A stretch of 64,000 nt of DNA, taken from NCBI GenBank assembly GCA_002104945.1, contig MCFH01000003.1:992001-1056000 (forward strand), read 5' to 3'. The notes under the pieces are model-generated. The model was not told the DNA's origin. It saw only the letters and a list, made by a program, of their open reading frames with translations, and ran no database searches. Origin of the DNA: Piromyces finnis finn. Its lineage: Eukaryota; Fungi; Neocallimastigomycota. Position numbers and translations under genes: made by a program. Of this stretch, positions 38,541-52,895 are shown in pieces. Each line of letters starts with the position of its first letter. Position 1 is the stretch's first letter.

Positions 38541-41500
38541 TGTTATTTATTTAATTTAATTTTAGTATTATATTTATTAATTATTAATAAGTAAAAGACT
38601 TATTAAATGAAAATAAAATAGCTGAAATTTATGACTGAATGTCGTGTGTTTGTATACATTAATGAAGTTTACATTATATCTATGGTTTACATAAAATAAT
38701 ACAATTAATATAAATAATGTCATGTGCACATAGAAATATTTATTTACATGATATCATGTGTATATTGACTATTTAGATTATATAACACTCCCCCTCAAAT
38801 CAGTATTTAATTAACTTGATTTGCAAATAATTTAATTTTATTACCATTAACATTTTTAGTTAATGTATTTACTACCATTTTGTTAGTTTCAATATATTCT
38901 AATTTAATAATATTTTTTTTGATATTATTATTAAAATGACATTTGATTAAAATATGTTTTAATTTTGGATTTAAGTCTCCATTTTCCATTGAGGTTTTAC
39001 TTGCCATATTGTCGGTAAAGATTTTTATTGGTTTGTTAAAATGAAATAATTCATATGTTTTTGAAATATAAAATTTTTTTGATACATAATGAAACACTTA
39101 CGTATTCCGCTTCTGCTGCAGACGTAGTTACATTATCTTGCTTTCTAGAATTCCATGATATTGGATCATTTCCCATTAAGATAATATTATCAGAAGTAGA
39201 TTTTCTATCCCTAACGTCGTTTGAGAAGTCTGAATCTATGTAAGCTACAATATCTCCTTTACCATGATATGTAATTTTATAATTTTTAGAGTTTAAATAT
39301 TTTAGAATATTTAACAACTTTGACCCAGTCTGAAACCGTTGAGTTTTCGGCATACCTAGCTGTTTTACAGACAGCGAAAGAGATATCAGGTCTTGTACAC
39401 CTAGCTAAAAAGGATAGCATTCCTATGGCTCTCTTGTACTTTATTTTATCAAAAGGTTTCTTGTTTTCTGATAATATATTGTCTCCGATTCATGGCGTAT
39501 TTACGACTCTACTGTTATTGATGTTAAACTTGTTTAAAATATTATTGATCATACTGATTTGTGAAATGGTATAATTGTTATCGTTGCTTTCAACTTTGAT
39601 TTCTAAGATGTAATCTACTGGGCCGGACTTGGAAATATTAAAATTGTTCTTTATTTTAATCACGATATTGGTAATTTTATAATCGTCACCTGTAATTATC
39701 ATATCATCTATATAAGCCGATAACACAAGTTAATTTACCCTTTTTATCTGTTTTCTTAAATATATATTTTTCTGGATTTAATTGAATAAAATTGTGTTTA
39801 TTTAAAATTTTATAAATGGTAATATACTATTGTATTCCAGATTGTTTGAGGCCATATAAAACCATGTTTAGTTTCCAATATCCTTTTCCATAATTACGGT
39901 CTCCAGGTGGAACGGTAGTATAAATGTCAAAGTCAAGTGTAGCATTGAGGTATGCTGCTTTAATATCTAATTGGTATATATTAATAATGAAATCAGTGGC
40001 TTCACTCTTGCTTTTTAATAAAAATAACCATGATTTTCTACCATATTCATCAATAATTGTAAGTATAAATCTTTTTACTAGTATAAGATTCACTTTCAGT
40101 ACCAATAATATCAGAATGTATTACTTCTATTACATCATTTGTTTTAAGGGTATTTCCGTTGTGTGGCACCCTTTTTAATTTTGAGATTTTACAGTCTTAA
40201 CAAAAATCATTTCTAATATTATGTAAATCTAAAAATTGGTATAAATTGGGGTTATAAAAGTGGCCAAGTCTTCTGTGCCAAATTAGTTCCTTCATATTAG
40301 TGTCTAGAGCTTGCATGGCCATAATATTATTATTACTATTGAGTAATTTATCTTTGTTTTCTTGAATGGCTATAATATTTATTTCATTATTGAAATTAGC
40401 TCGGAAGGAGGCAATAGGTTTATAATTACCATTAAGTAATTTCAGGGTAATATTATTATTGATGTTTTCGATTATGGCCTTAACCTCAGTTTTCACAAGT
40501 TCGATACCACTTATCATCTTTAGAATATAGGACACGATTTAATTTAATTTTAAAATTATTTACGCCAAATTCAAAGTTTCCATAACCTTCAAATTCACAG
40601 AAAGTATTATTAACACATTTTAATTTAATATGTTTGTTTACAAAATTATTTAATAAACTTTTATTATTTGTAATATGTTCACCAGCCCTGAATCATATAA
40701 CCATGATGATTTATTATCATTATTATTCGAATTATTTTTCTTTGTGTTTTTATGATTAATATTATTTATAAATAAATTAAATTTATTTTGGTGTTGATCT
40801 TCGTTATTACCAAAAATTTCATTACTGTAATCATTTAAATTAAAATTTTTATTGATGTAACCCACAAATTTTCTATTGTTTTGTTTTCTTTTTTGGTTAT
40901 TATATTATTAGTATAATATATGTGGTATGTGCTATTTGGATTTCTAGGATTTAAATAGCATTCTTCAATATTATGTCCCCCTTTCTTGCATAGTTCATAG
41001 AATTTTTTGCAGTTGCTTTTATTATTATATTGAATTTTATTGTTACTATATCCTTTAGAATTTCTATTATATTGTGTATTATTATTATTATTGTTTCTTG
41101 TTTTGGAATAACGCCTATTAAATTTAGATGATCCAGCATAATCAATTTCCATAGGATCATCATTATTATATTCTTTATTACTAATCCTAGTCGTTCATAT
41201 AATTCCAGATCAAAATGTCCTTTTGTAATTTGTCAGAGACATCCTCAAAAGTGATATTTTCATCCAGACTAATTTTATTTATATTTAGGAGGAATAGCGT
41301 AATAAAAATTTAATTTTTTCTTTTTCTTTGAAGGGGATGTTAAGCTCTCCTCCATATTTTTATATATGGTAGTGATTTTCCTAATTGTTTTTGGTATATT
41401 ACTATCCTTTTCAGTTTTTATGAATTTAAGTCTTTTTATCCATTGTGTGATATCCTTTCTATCGCTGGTGTAGTCGGTTTTTAGTGCTTCAATAAGGACA

Positions 41501-42000
41501 GATACAGGTTCTATACTAATAACTTCCTCATGAATTTTATCCGAAATGGATCTAATAATGATATTTCTTAACTTATCATTATTTTTCTTGGCAGCTCTAA
41601 TCTTAGCTTCATCTCTAGGAGTGGTGTTTTCTGCTTCTTTAACTTTGTCAGTCTCCAGATACTCCTTTAATCCTAAGCTTCAAACGATAGTTTTAACACA
41701 GTCGTACCAAATCACGAAATTGGTACCATCAAAGCATTTAATTTCATTTTCTTTTAAATAAGACATATTATAATTTTATAGGTTATTATTGTTAATTTAA
41801 TATTAATTATCCTTAATTTGTTTTAATATATTAAATTATGATTTTATTAATGTTAATATTAAGGGCTTTAACCCCTGAGACTCTTAATCTGTTATTTATT
41901 TAATTTAATTTTAGTATTTTATTTATTAATTATTAATAAGTAAAAGAGGCTATTATTAAATGAATTAAATGAAAATAAAATAGATGAAATTTATATGACT
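38541..42000 (-). mobile_element. Decayed Ty1/copia element with a large internal deletion
   Basis: CELCKKGGHNIEEC; WLYDSG; LIWHRRLGH; integrase start IIDEYGRKSW fused to RT YQLDIKAAYLNA; YIDD; RNase H DSDF..RKSTS. PPT GAGGGGGAG precedes the 3' LTR (38541-38787). The partial 5' LTR starts at 41890. Confidence 0.9.
41876..41889 (-). promoter_or_regulatory. Copia PBS complementary to the tRNA-Lys(CUU) anticodon arm
   Basis: GATTAAGAGTCTCA immediately follows the LTR CA. The same 14-mer occurs at 42449 and 63002. Confidence 0.8.
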
Positions 42001-42161
42001 TTATTTATCTATTTCATTATTATATAATAAACTAATATTAAATTTCTACATGGTATAACTCGGTTCAATACAATTTTGTTTTTAAGGGTTTTTATTATTA
42101 AAATACTTTATTAAATTACAATAAAAGACATGTTTAATCACAAAACAAAAATAAAAGTATA

Positions 42162-42231
42162 ATTAAGTATTTAATTGAAGAGGAGCAAAAGTAGATATTC
42201 AAAACAAAAATGGGGAAACTCCATTACATTA
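42162..42231 (+). pseudogene. Single ankyrin-repeat fragment
   Basis: KYLIE/GAKVDIQNKNGETPLHY, cut by an LTR starting at 42232. Confidence 0.7.
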
Positions 42232-42760
42232 TGTTAGAAATAAAGTTTAATTATAGTTAGCACAAAATATATTTATATATAGTATAATAATTAATAATTA
42301 AATATTAGTAAATATATTATGGCGCAGTATATAAATGTATATACAAATGTAAATGTAATTAATCATGTGTTAGTATAAATATTAAATGTAATTAATATAT
42401 ATTAAAAAAGAGCCCTTTAATAAATAAAATTAATTATAAATATTAACAGATTAAGAGTCTCATAGGACTCTACGTGTAATAAAAGTGTGAAGTAAGAAAT
42501 TTCTAATTAAAAAAGTTATAATAAAGTAGTGAAAAAGATAGAACAATGAATCTTTTTGATGGTTTAATTTCCAAATATGGAAACAAGAATTATATTTTTT
42601 ATTAAGAAAACTTAGAATCTTTCATTTATGAAGAAAAATTAAAACAATTCTCTGCTACAAATAAAAGTTGACTTTAATACAAAAGACTTGATAAAGGTAT
42701 ATGGAACTGTAGATAGTTATGAAAAAGACGCTACAAAAGAACTAATAGAAATTTCGACAT
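42232..42760 (+). mobile_element. 5' end of a third copia: 217-bp LTR, PBS and degraded gag start
   Basis: TGTTA...TAACA (42232-42448), then GATTAAGAGTCTCAT (42449-42463), then coding-like sequence weakly resembling the gag start at 62946. Confidence 0.7.
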
Positions 42761-42769
42761 ACTAAAAAT

Positions 42770-43212
42770 AGCATTAGTAGAAGCCCTAATATTACCTTTT
42801 CCTAACTTAAATAAGCAATTCATTATTAGAACTGACGCCTGTAAGGATGGTATAGGAGGTGTGCTACTACAAATTAATAATGAAGATAGTTTAGAGCATC
42901 CGATACATTTTATTAGCAGAACACTGACAAAAACTGAAAGAAATTATAATACAATTGATCTGGAAGGCACAGCAGTATACTACTATGAAAAAGAATTTAA
43001 ATACTATATCTCTGGAAATAAGTATGAGGTTCTTTTATATCGACTATAAAACTTTGCTTGGTTTATTTAGTGATAAGGAACCAGAAGACATGCGCCATAT
43101 TAGGTGGTGCATTATCATAAGCATGTTAAGAATCAAGATATCATATGAACCAGGAAAGAAAAATTGCCTTATTGACGCTCTATCAAAAATACCTACTACC
43201 TTAGGACTATGA
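42770..43212 (+). pseudogene. pol: Ty3/gypsy RNase H fragment related to the 45383-49833 family
   Basis: FIIRTDACKDGIGGVLLQ..EHPIHFISRTLTKTERNY and DALSK. Confidence 0.85.
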
Positions 43213-43456
43213 AATAACTTAATTAATAAAGAAGAAAAATCATCATAGGAAAACATAAAATTTCTCAAAACGTCACAAATGGACCATAATAATTCAGAAA
43301 GTCAAAATATATAATAAATTATCATTATCTACTAGTCAAAAAAATCAAATAATTTTGAAAAATTCAAAAATTTCATCAATTAAAAATTTGAGGGAAAATA
43401 ATGGTATATAGATAATATGAAATTTTCAGGAAATTCAAAAAATTTTTCAATCCAGA

Positions 43457-44076
43457 TGTAAAGATATCAAACACCTCAGCTTGATATCTTTAATGTAACT
43501 TAAGCCACAAATATTATTGTTTAAGTTACACAAATTATTATAGAAAAAGAAAATGAGACATAATTTATTTATTAATAATTAAAGTTTAAAACAAAATAAA
43601 TTATTAATTTATTTTTAATGTTTAACAAGTAAATTAAAATTCTCAATTTAAATCCCTAGTTTTAGTATTGTTTTTTCATAGAAATAGAGAAATAATATAT
43701 AAATAATAAATGATTAATATATCAATAATACATGGGCACATATTCAAATTGAATAGTACTTAATTTGAATTGCCAATTGTATTTTACTAAAAATAGTTAT
43801 AGTTTAAATATTTATTAATAATTAAGATTTTTGCGTAGATTTTAAATAATAATATAAGAAATAAATAATTATAATATAAATGTATTTAGGAAAAATATAA
43901 ATAGATGATATTTTTCATCATTTTATCGATGTAATTGTTATTAATAAAATTTCTACTATAATAAAAGATATTTTTTTAATAAACCAATTTTTATTTTTTA
44001 TTTTAAATTTAGTGTTATTGTAATAGAATAGATATCATAATCTATTCTTTCTGTGTCACCATTACAATACTATCCT
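43457..44076 (+). mobile_element. Family B element
   Basis: TGTAAAGATATC...ATTACA, 620 bp, colinear with 3807-4412. Flanks do not form a TSD. Confidence 0.8.
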
Positions 44077-45382
44077 ATTTAATTATACATATATTCAATA
44101 TAAAATAAACAAAACTAATTTAATGCTAATTTAATTAAATAATAAAATAATAAAACTAAACTAAAACTAATTAAATACACTTTTGATTCAATTTGAGTAA
44201 ACTACAAATTGAATACAGTCCATGTATTACCTATATATTAATTAAATATTAATAATACTATTTATTATATATTTGCTGTTAAAAATTGCTAATTTAAAAC
44301 TACACCAAAGTTATTAAACTAATTTTAATTAAATAAAAACTTTTTAAGATTTAATTTGAATATTTAAAATATTTAAATTTAATTATCTAAATAATTTAAA
44401 GATATATTTTATATCTTTAGATTATTTAATAATTAATTATTAATTATTAAATAATAAATTAATATTTAGTAAAATTGATTTTTTAGAATAAATTTTATGT
44501 AATGATTTAATAATAAATTATTTTATAATAATTCCGTTAAATTTAAATTAAGGAATAAAAGAATTTTAATTAAATTTAAATAATCAAAATATTTCTAATT
44601 TTATAAATTAATATAATAGTAAATAATTAAAATAATATAAAATATTGTAACGAATCTTGATATAATTTGATAATAATCTTAATTTTGAATTTTACTTCAA
44701 AAAGTGATTATTATATTATATCTTTTGTTATAACTATATAAGTTATATTGATTAAGATTTAAAATCGTTTTTATAAAAATTAATAAAATTGTTTTGTTAA
44801 AACACTAAATTGTTTTATTAGAAACACTTGTTTTTCTAATATTTAAATATTTAAAATTTTATTTATTTAAGTATAAAAGTGATTATTAAAATTACAAAAA
44901 TATTAACTAAACTATATAATATTTCTTTATTAATAATAATAATAATGATTAAAATAAGAATATTTACATATATTTATATTTTCTTTTGAATTTAAACTAT
45001 TTACATTAAAACAATAAAATTAATAACTATTTACAATAAAAGTAATAAAAGTAATTAGAAATAACAATAAAAGAAATAATTAAAAGTTAAAGAATATAAA
45101 AAGTTGTTTATTTTACAATTAATTAAAGTAATAATTATTTTTAATGTTTTAATAAAGGTGTTTAATTATATTATTTTATAACATGAATTATTATATTTGT
45201 TTACTTTTAAAGTGTAATTTACTAACGAAGTTATTAAATATTTAATTTAACAATTAATTTAACAAAAGTTATATATTTTGATCTCGATTAATTAAAGTTT
45301 ATTATTTTCTTTCAATAATCAAAATATATGCAGTGTTTAGGATTAGTCTCATTTTAGAATTTTGGTAAAGTACTTAATTAAA

Positions 45383-48300
45383 CTATAACTTATTAAGATC
45401 AGGAAACATTATTTCTAATGGCCATGTGTCTCTTCTACCATATAATAATTCGAAACTACTAAACTTTGTTTTTGAATTTTTGGTAGTTCTAAGTGACCAT
45501 AATGCAGATGGTAGATATTCATCCCATTCAGATTCATTTTCAATTAAGAGTCTTAAAGTTTTTCCTATTTCTTTGTTTCTATTCTCAATCATACCATTAG
45601 ATTGTGGGTGATGAGGAGAAACAAAATGAACCCATGATCCATATAAATCAATCATCATTTTAGTAATATCAGAAATAAATGAACTTCCATTATCAGTAAC
45701 AATTATTTCTGGTGGACCATGTCTTGTTATTACTTCTATTAAAAATTTTATTACTTCTTCTGATTTCATATTTGGAATTGCTTTAGCTTCAACCCATTTA
45801 GTGAAATAATCAACAAGGGTAATAATATAAGAATTTCCATGTTTAGTAAGTGGTAATGGATCAACTATATCTAATCCGACTCTAGTAAATGGTTGTTCAA
45901 TTGGGGTTATATTATCTTCAGTATTTTTAGGTAAAGGCTTAGGTCTACAAAGTTGACATTTTCTACAGGACTTTACCCACATTCTAACATCATTCCAAAT
46001 ACCAGGCCAATAATAAGATTTTGAAATTCTATTTGTGGTCTTTTCAGCACTTTCATGACCAACAGAATGAGTACGACTAATAATATCTTTTTTATCTTCA
46101 TCTTTATAAATAACTTTAAGATATAATTTATCTTTTTTTATAATAAAGAGTATTATCAACAACTTGATAATTTTTAGTAAAATATTTTTTTATTCCTTCA
46201 GGTAGGTCTAAATCTTGGATTAAAATCAGACAAAATTGCATAAGCACAATTTACTATTTCATCAGAATTTTTAGAAGGTAATCTTGAAAGGGCATCAGCA
46301 AAAACATTTTTCTTTCCTTTATCATATTTTAATTCAATTTTATATTTATTAAATTCTTCAATCCATCTAGCATGTCTACCTTTTGATGGAATATTCTTTT
46401 TATAAAATCCCAGTAATGGTTTATGATCAGTAATTAATATGGTAGGATTTTTATTACTTATGATATATTGGCGAAATTGTAGAATTGCATAATAAATAGC
46501 TAATCCTTCAAGGTCAGTAACAGAATAATTCTTTTCTGAAGTAGATAAAGTACGACTAATACAACAAATTGGATGTTCCAATTTGTCCCCCTCCACCTGT
46601 AAGAGTACAGCACCAATGCCATTAGTTGATGCATCAGTACGAATAATAAATTCTTTATTAAAATCAGGATAACTTAAAATAGGATCACTTAATAGACATT
46701 GTCGGATATCTTCAAAAGCATTATTACATTCTTGTGACAAAATATATTCTTGGTCTTTCTTTAAATTAAAAAGAGAGTTTGCTCTAATAGAAAAATTTTG
46801 AATAAACTTGCGGTAGTAACTAGCTAAACCTAGGAATGATCTTAGTTCATTAACATTTCTTGGAGCATTCCATAAAGCAATACTTTGAACTTTAGAAGGA
46901 ACAGTTTTTAATCCGTTAGGTGTAAGTACATGTCCTAGTACTTCTACCTTTTCTTGAAAGAATTTACATTTTTGTAAATTAAGAGAAAGATTATATTTAG
47001 ATAATATTTCAAAAACTTGTTGTAAATGATAAAGATGTTCTTCTGGTGATTTAGAATAAACAACAATATCATCAATGTAAACAAAAAGACATTTACCAAT
47101 TAATGGTAAAAGAATCCTATTCATTTCTCGCTGGAAAGTAGCGGGTGCATTAGTTAAACCAAATGGCATTACTTTAAAATTATAATTACCAAATTTTGTT
47201 GTAAAAGCAGTTTTTTCAATATCATTTGGGTTCATAGGAATTTTGTGGTAGCCAGAATATAAATCTAAAGCAGAAAATATTTTTGCACCATTAACAGAAG
47301 AGATTAATTCATCAATAAAAGAATAAAAGGAAGTGCATAAGAATCCTTAATAGTAATTTCATTAAGTCTTCTATAATCAATACACATTCTCCATTTACCA
47401 TTTTTCTTTTGTACAAGTAAAACTGGAAATGACCATGGAGAGTGAGAAGGAGTAATTAAACCTTTATCAAGTAATGAAAGAATTTCACTTTTTAAAATAT
47501 CAGCATGTTCCTTAGATAATTTATAAGGTTTTAATTTTATTGGTTTATTAGTAGTAGTAATTATAGAATGAGGTTCTAAATCCGCAGTAGTTAATTGACA
47601 CATTGATGTAGCCATACAATTTTTATATTTATTTATAATGTGTTCAAATTTTGATTTAATATTATCAGGTGTTGAATTTAAGATTTCTTTTAACGTATCT
47701 TGAAATTCTTGGTTTTCTTCTTTTGAAATAATTATAGAATTCATTAAGGGAATATCATTAGCATCATTATCATTACTGTTGATAATGTTTGTAATTTTCT
47801 TTAAACCTTTTTTAGTTTTCTGGTATATATAATCATCGTCAGGGTCAATAAATAAACGGTATTTCTTTTGAATACCTCTTCCAAAAATTATATCAAAGTA
47901 TGGATTACTTTGTTCAATAATATAAAATTTTTCTAAAATAGTACAACAATTATTAATATTTATTTTTAAAGTAGTAAAACATTTGTAGGAACAGTAGTAC
48001 CATTAGCAATAGTTATATTTTGTTCCTCATCACTTTTTCCAATATTTTTATTTGATAGTTTATTAAAACCATTTGTAGTAATGATATTGACATTTGCGCC
48101 AGTATCATAAAGAATTTTTAAATATTTTCCATTTATATCACCAATTATTAATGGAATATTAGAGTTATTAAAGGAGTACATCACTTTTTCAACTTTAGGT
48201 TTACATCCTTGTTCTAATTCTTTTCTAAGTGATGGACTAGCAGAAAGTAATTGAGAAAGACTTATTTTTGGATATAAATTATTTGCTTCTTTAATTATAC

Positions 48301-49833
48301 TAAATTTATCTTTGGTTTTTAACATTTGTATTTCTGTCATATTTCTTTTTGTGGTTACTTTGGTTTTGACAGAATTTTTCTTTACTTTTACATCACTTGT
48401 TTCATTATTATTTTTAAAAGTTTCTTCATTGGTAGAATCATTAGAGTTATTAATTTCAATAGGTTGGATATGTTCTTTTGTATTAGTAACTTCTTCTAAA
48501 GGTATTTCATTTGTATTATTTTGTTCTTCTTCAATTTCTATTTCTATTTCTTCATTTGGGGTTTCTTCCATAACTTCATCTTTATCTTCGCTAATTTTTC
48601 TTCTACGAGTATCTCTAATAGCCTTCTTTTGTTGTTTTAAATTCCTAATGTTAGGTTGGTTAAGTATTGAGGGTTTGACAATACTTTTATTATTTGGTGA
48701 TATTTTATTTTTATCTAATGTTTTAACATTTATTTTCTTCTTTTGAGCCGCATTAATAGAATAATTATTTTCATTAGAGATATTAGAATTTATTTGTGCT
48801 TCTTGTGTATTTTGTGAACTATTTGCAATTTTAGTTTTTATGAGAGATTGCTTACTCCCATTATTTAGTTTAAATGATTGTATTCGTCATCTAATTCTGG
48901 ACAATCATTCGTAGTATGACCTATTCTTTTACAATTTAAGCAAACATTAATTTTTAGGTCAGCAAGCTTTTGAGTTATTTCTTTTAACTCATCATCATTA
49001 TTTTGTGGGTATTTTAAGGTACTTCTTCTTTGCTCAACGTTTTGATTAATATTATTAAATCTTGAATAATTATTGTTATCATTATTGTAGTTATTACTTT
49101 GAATATTACTATTATAATTATTATTTCTATAGTTATTAGTATAATTTCTATTATTATAATTTTTGAAACTATTTTGAGTAGTGTTATTGTTATTCATTCG
49201 GTTATAACTATTAAAATTATTTGAATATGCTCTATCATTATTTCTTTGAGCATTATTATCATTTGGAGACCTTCTAGAACTAATGGAAGTTCTTATTTTT
49301 GGTCTATTTTCTTCAACTATATTGAAAATTTTCTCTTTCTTAATAGTAATGTTTCTGGCTTCTTCTAAACTTTTTGGTTCAGCTTCTAAAAGTGCTTCGT
49401 AAGTTTTAGTAAGGTTTCTAAAAGCATTAATGTAGTAGGACAATATGATTTCATTTGACATTTTTAAGTTTGTTTTATTTATTAAAGAGTCAAATTTAAT
49501 ATTGAATTCAGATACACTTTCATTTTTCTTTATTGTAATAGTAGACAATTCTAATAATCTAGAATTCTTTGGTACTGAACCTTTAAAATGACTTTTAAGG
49601 TTTTTGATGATGGTATTATAATCATCTGGTGTTTCTTTATTTAATGCATTAACTACAATTGTTCTAGCTGTACCTGTAGTTAATGATATAAGGTATTCTA
49701 ACTTTTCTTGTTCTGGTACCTTATATAAATTACACCAATGTTTAAAAGAAAATTCCCAATCATCAAATTCAACCTTTGTTGAACCCAAAATAGGTATTCT
49801 ATTAAAGGTAATACCTTTAGTAGTATTATCCAT
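45383..49833 (-). mobile_element. gag-pol: Decayed Ty3/gypsy element (gag, CCHC, protease, RT, RNase H, integrase core), several frameshifts
   Basis: CLNCKRIGHTTNDC; LYDTGA; MPFGLTNAPATFQ; YIDD; IRTDAS; GLDIV..VTDNG..ENRN. LTR limits not resolved. Confidence 0.93.
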
Positions 49834-51379
49834 TATTACTTTTTATTTTTATTTTATTTAATTTTATTTTAATATTTTATTTAAAAACTCAATTTTTATT
49901 TATTCTCAATAATTTAGCTATAAGAACAATAATATGTTTTTATTTACAACAATCTTTATTTACAATAATTTAGTTATAAGTACAGTAATATGTTTTTATT
50001 TACAATAGTCTTTATTTACAATAATATAATTTTATTTACAGGTATTTTATTTATTACTGTTATTAATAAAATATAATCTTATATAACGTCTATATAATGT
50101 AATATAAAAGGAGTAATTGGTTGTTATTTGTAAACACTTGTAGACACTTGTTTTAGTTTTATTGTAATTAAGAAGATTTTATTTTTGAGAAAATGTTAAG
50201 AATATATTTTATTTATATCAAGTTATTTATATATTAGTATTGTTAAAAAAAATATTTAATTTAGAGTAGGATGTTTATTTTATTTCTTTATTATAAGGCA
50301 GAAAATAATATTGATTATGTTATTATAGTACCTTCAGAGTACCCGACAGTTTCGTCACCGTGCCTTTCGACCTCCACTAACTAACCGTCATAAATATTAA
50401 GTGGTGTAATATTTACTTATTAGTTAGCGCTCTACTCCCCCACGATATGTGATAAAACTGCACTCTTACTAACTTACTATAAAACACTTTAATTATCTTA
50501 GTAATTAATTAACCAAAAAGATAAACAAAAGTTATTTTTCGCTGAAAATTAACTAAAAAAAGACAACTCAATATTATTGCTTTTATTATTTAAAATTTAT
50601 AACAATATTCTTAATTTTATTTGACCGATGATTATATTTTATAATTTTTATTAAATAATTTTTATCTTTAATTTATAAATTATAATTATTAATTTATAAT
50701 TATAATTTATGTATTTCTTTTCTTTTAAAAAAAAATAATTAAATATAAAACTTTATTTACAGGATTTATTTTTCGCTTTTTAGTGCCTTACAACAATTTA
50801 ATTAACCGGCAAAAGCTACTAACTAGAGGTAATATACTAGACCTCAAAATAAATTTAAACTATATATTTTTATGTCGCTTTACCTTCACGACAAACCTTT
50901 AGCCTTCGGTGACTAAAGTTCCTTATTCGCCAGAGTTCACAAAAGTATTCAACTTGAGAGTCCTGTATTGCGTGCTTTTTATCACACTAACAATCCCTTT
51001 CCCCAAGTAAGCGTGCTATTCACACTCGTCCTACTTTTACAAATACTTCAGTGATTAACAGCTATAGTTTCTAACCAACTGAAACTAGTTAATTATACAC
51101 TGAAACTCTGTATATGAGCTCTATACGCTCCTAGTATATTTTTACAAGTATTTTTATTTATAAAGTTTTATATTTATAATTTTTTTTTTTTTTTGGTGTA
51201 TATATATTTTTTATATATATATACTTAAATCTTTATTTATTATTATTTTGATTTATTTTTATTATATATTTATTTTTATGTATATATATCTAATGTATAT
51301 ATACCTATTTTATTATTATAATTAATTCTTTCAACTATCTTATTTATAATATTATCAATCTATTTATCTAATAATTTAT

Positions 51380-51765
51380 GACTCATAGAAACTTATAGAA
51401 CTTATTCGAAAAAGAATAAGTTCGAATATTCGAAAAATTAAATATTTTATGTATTTTTATCACGGGATTCATTTTATGTAATTTTTAATTAATTTAAAGA
51501 ATAATTTAGAAAGAAAATTTAATTTTTAATTTAGCCACATCAGATTTAGAAAAAGTATAAATAGAAGTGATGTGAATCAAAAATTAAATAGTTGTGTTTT
51601 TATTAACTTTTAAATTTAAATCTTTATTTTTAAAAATTTAATAATAATAAAAAATTATTTTAAATAAATAAATTCATTGACTTAAAGGGAATACAAAATT
51701 TATTTTTCTATATAAATATTATTAATTCCTACATTAATAAATTCTTTATGTAGAAACTCGTTACA
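51380..51765 (+). mobile_element. Diverged, 5'-truncated LTR of the 18867-24704 chromovirus family
   Basis: Reverse complement of about 18867-19255, ending CGTTACA. It retains the TATAAATA and GTGTTTTTAT motifs. Confidence 0.85.
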
Positions 51766-52444
51766 AATATAAATATTTAATTAAATTTTAAAAATGTAAA
51801 ACATAAACAATTTTTGTTTATAAAAAAACTTAAATGTAATTATTTAATGTAAATAGAAATAGAAAATATTATTTTAAAACTTGTTACTAATTAGCAAGGA
51901 AAATTAGAAGATTTTAATAAAAATTATAATAAATTAATATATTTTCTTTTATAATACATGGCGAGATGTATTATATTTATTTTAAATTAACAAACTAATA
52001 TAATTAATAAATATAATTTAAAATTTTAAAAGCATTTTGTTTTATAAGACTTGTAGAATGGAGTAAGTAAAAATAAATCATTTAAATGCACACAAATATA
52101 CTACTTTCTAAGCCTATTTAGAATTAAGGTAATTTGAACCTGTGTCAATACAATTTGTAAGAAATATAGATATAATATCTATATTTATTAGTATAAGTAA
52201 TAAATATAAAATTTATTTATCTTCAATATTATTATTATAATATTTAATTAAATTATTTATAGATAAATTAAAAATAAAATTTTCAAATTACTACAAATCA
52301 AACAAATGCTAATCTATGGAAGAAAAATTTAATAATAAATTAATATTATCAATTTAGATTAGATAATTAGTATAATTTATTAAATATAATTAAATAATAT
52401 TTTTTCAAACCAATTTGTAGTAATTAGTAATAATTACTCAATTA

Positions 52445-52895
52445 AGTTTTTCGTTTACATGGTTTACCTGATGAAATAATATCGGATCGAGGAACTCAGT
52501 ATACTTCAGAATTTTGGCAAAGATTATGCACTTTGTTGAACATTAAGCACAATATTTCGAGTGCTCACCATCCTCAAACAGACGGGCAGACTGAACGTGT
52601 AAATAGTATATTAGAACAATTTCTTAGATGTTATATTAACAAAAGAAAAGATAACTGGATGAACCTTTTGCCTTATGCCGAATTTGCGTATAATAATACA
52701 CTTCAACAATTTATAAATCAAACTCTATTCTTTGCAAATTATGGACAAAATCCAAGATTTAATACCGAAATTCCTGCTGATAGTGATAATAGGAGAGCTA
52801 ATAGGCACGCCTCTCAGATGCAAGATAATATTAAATTTTTAAAGAAGTACTTAGAGAAAGCCAAGGAAAGATATAATTTTAAAATAAATAAATAA
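52445..52895 (+). pseudogene. pol: Ty3/gypsy integrase core fragment
   Basis: FRLHGLPDEIISDRGTQYTS..SAHHPQTDGQTERVNSILEQFLRCY..AEFAYNN. Confidence 0.9.
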
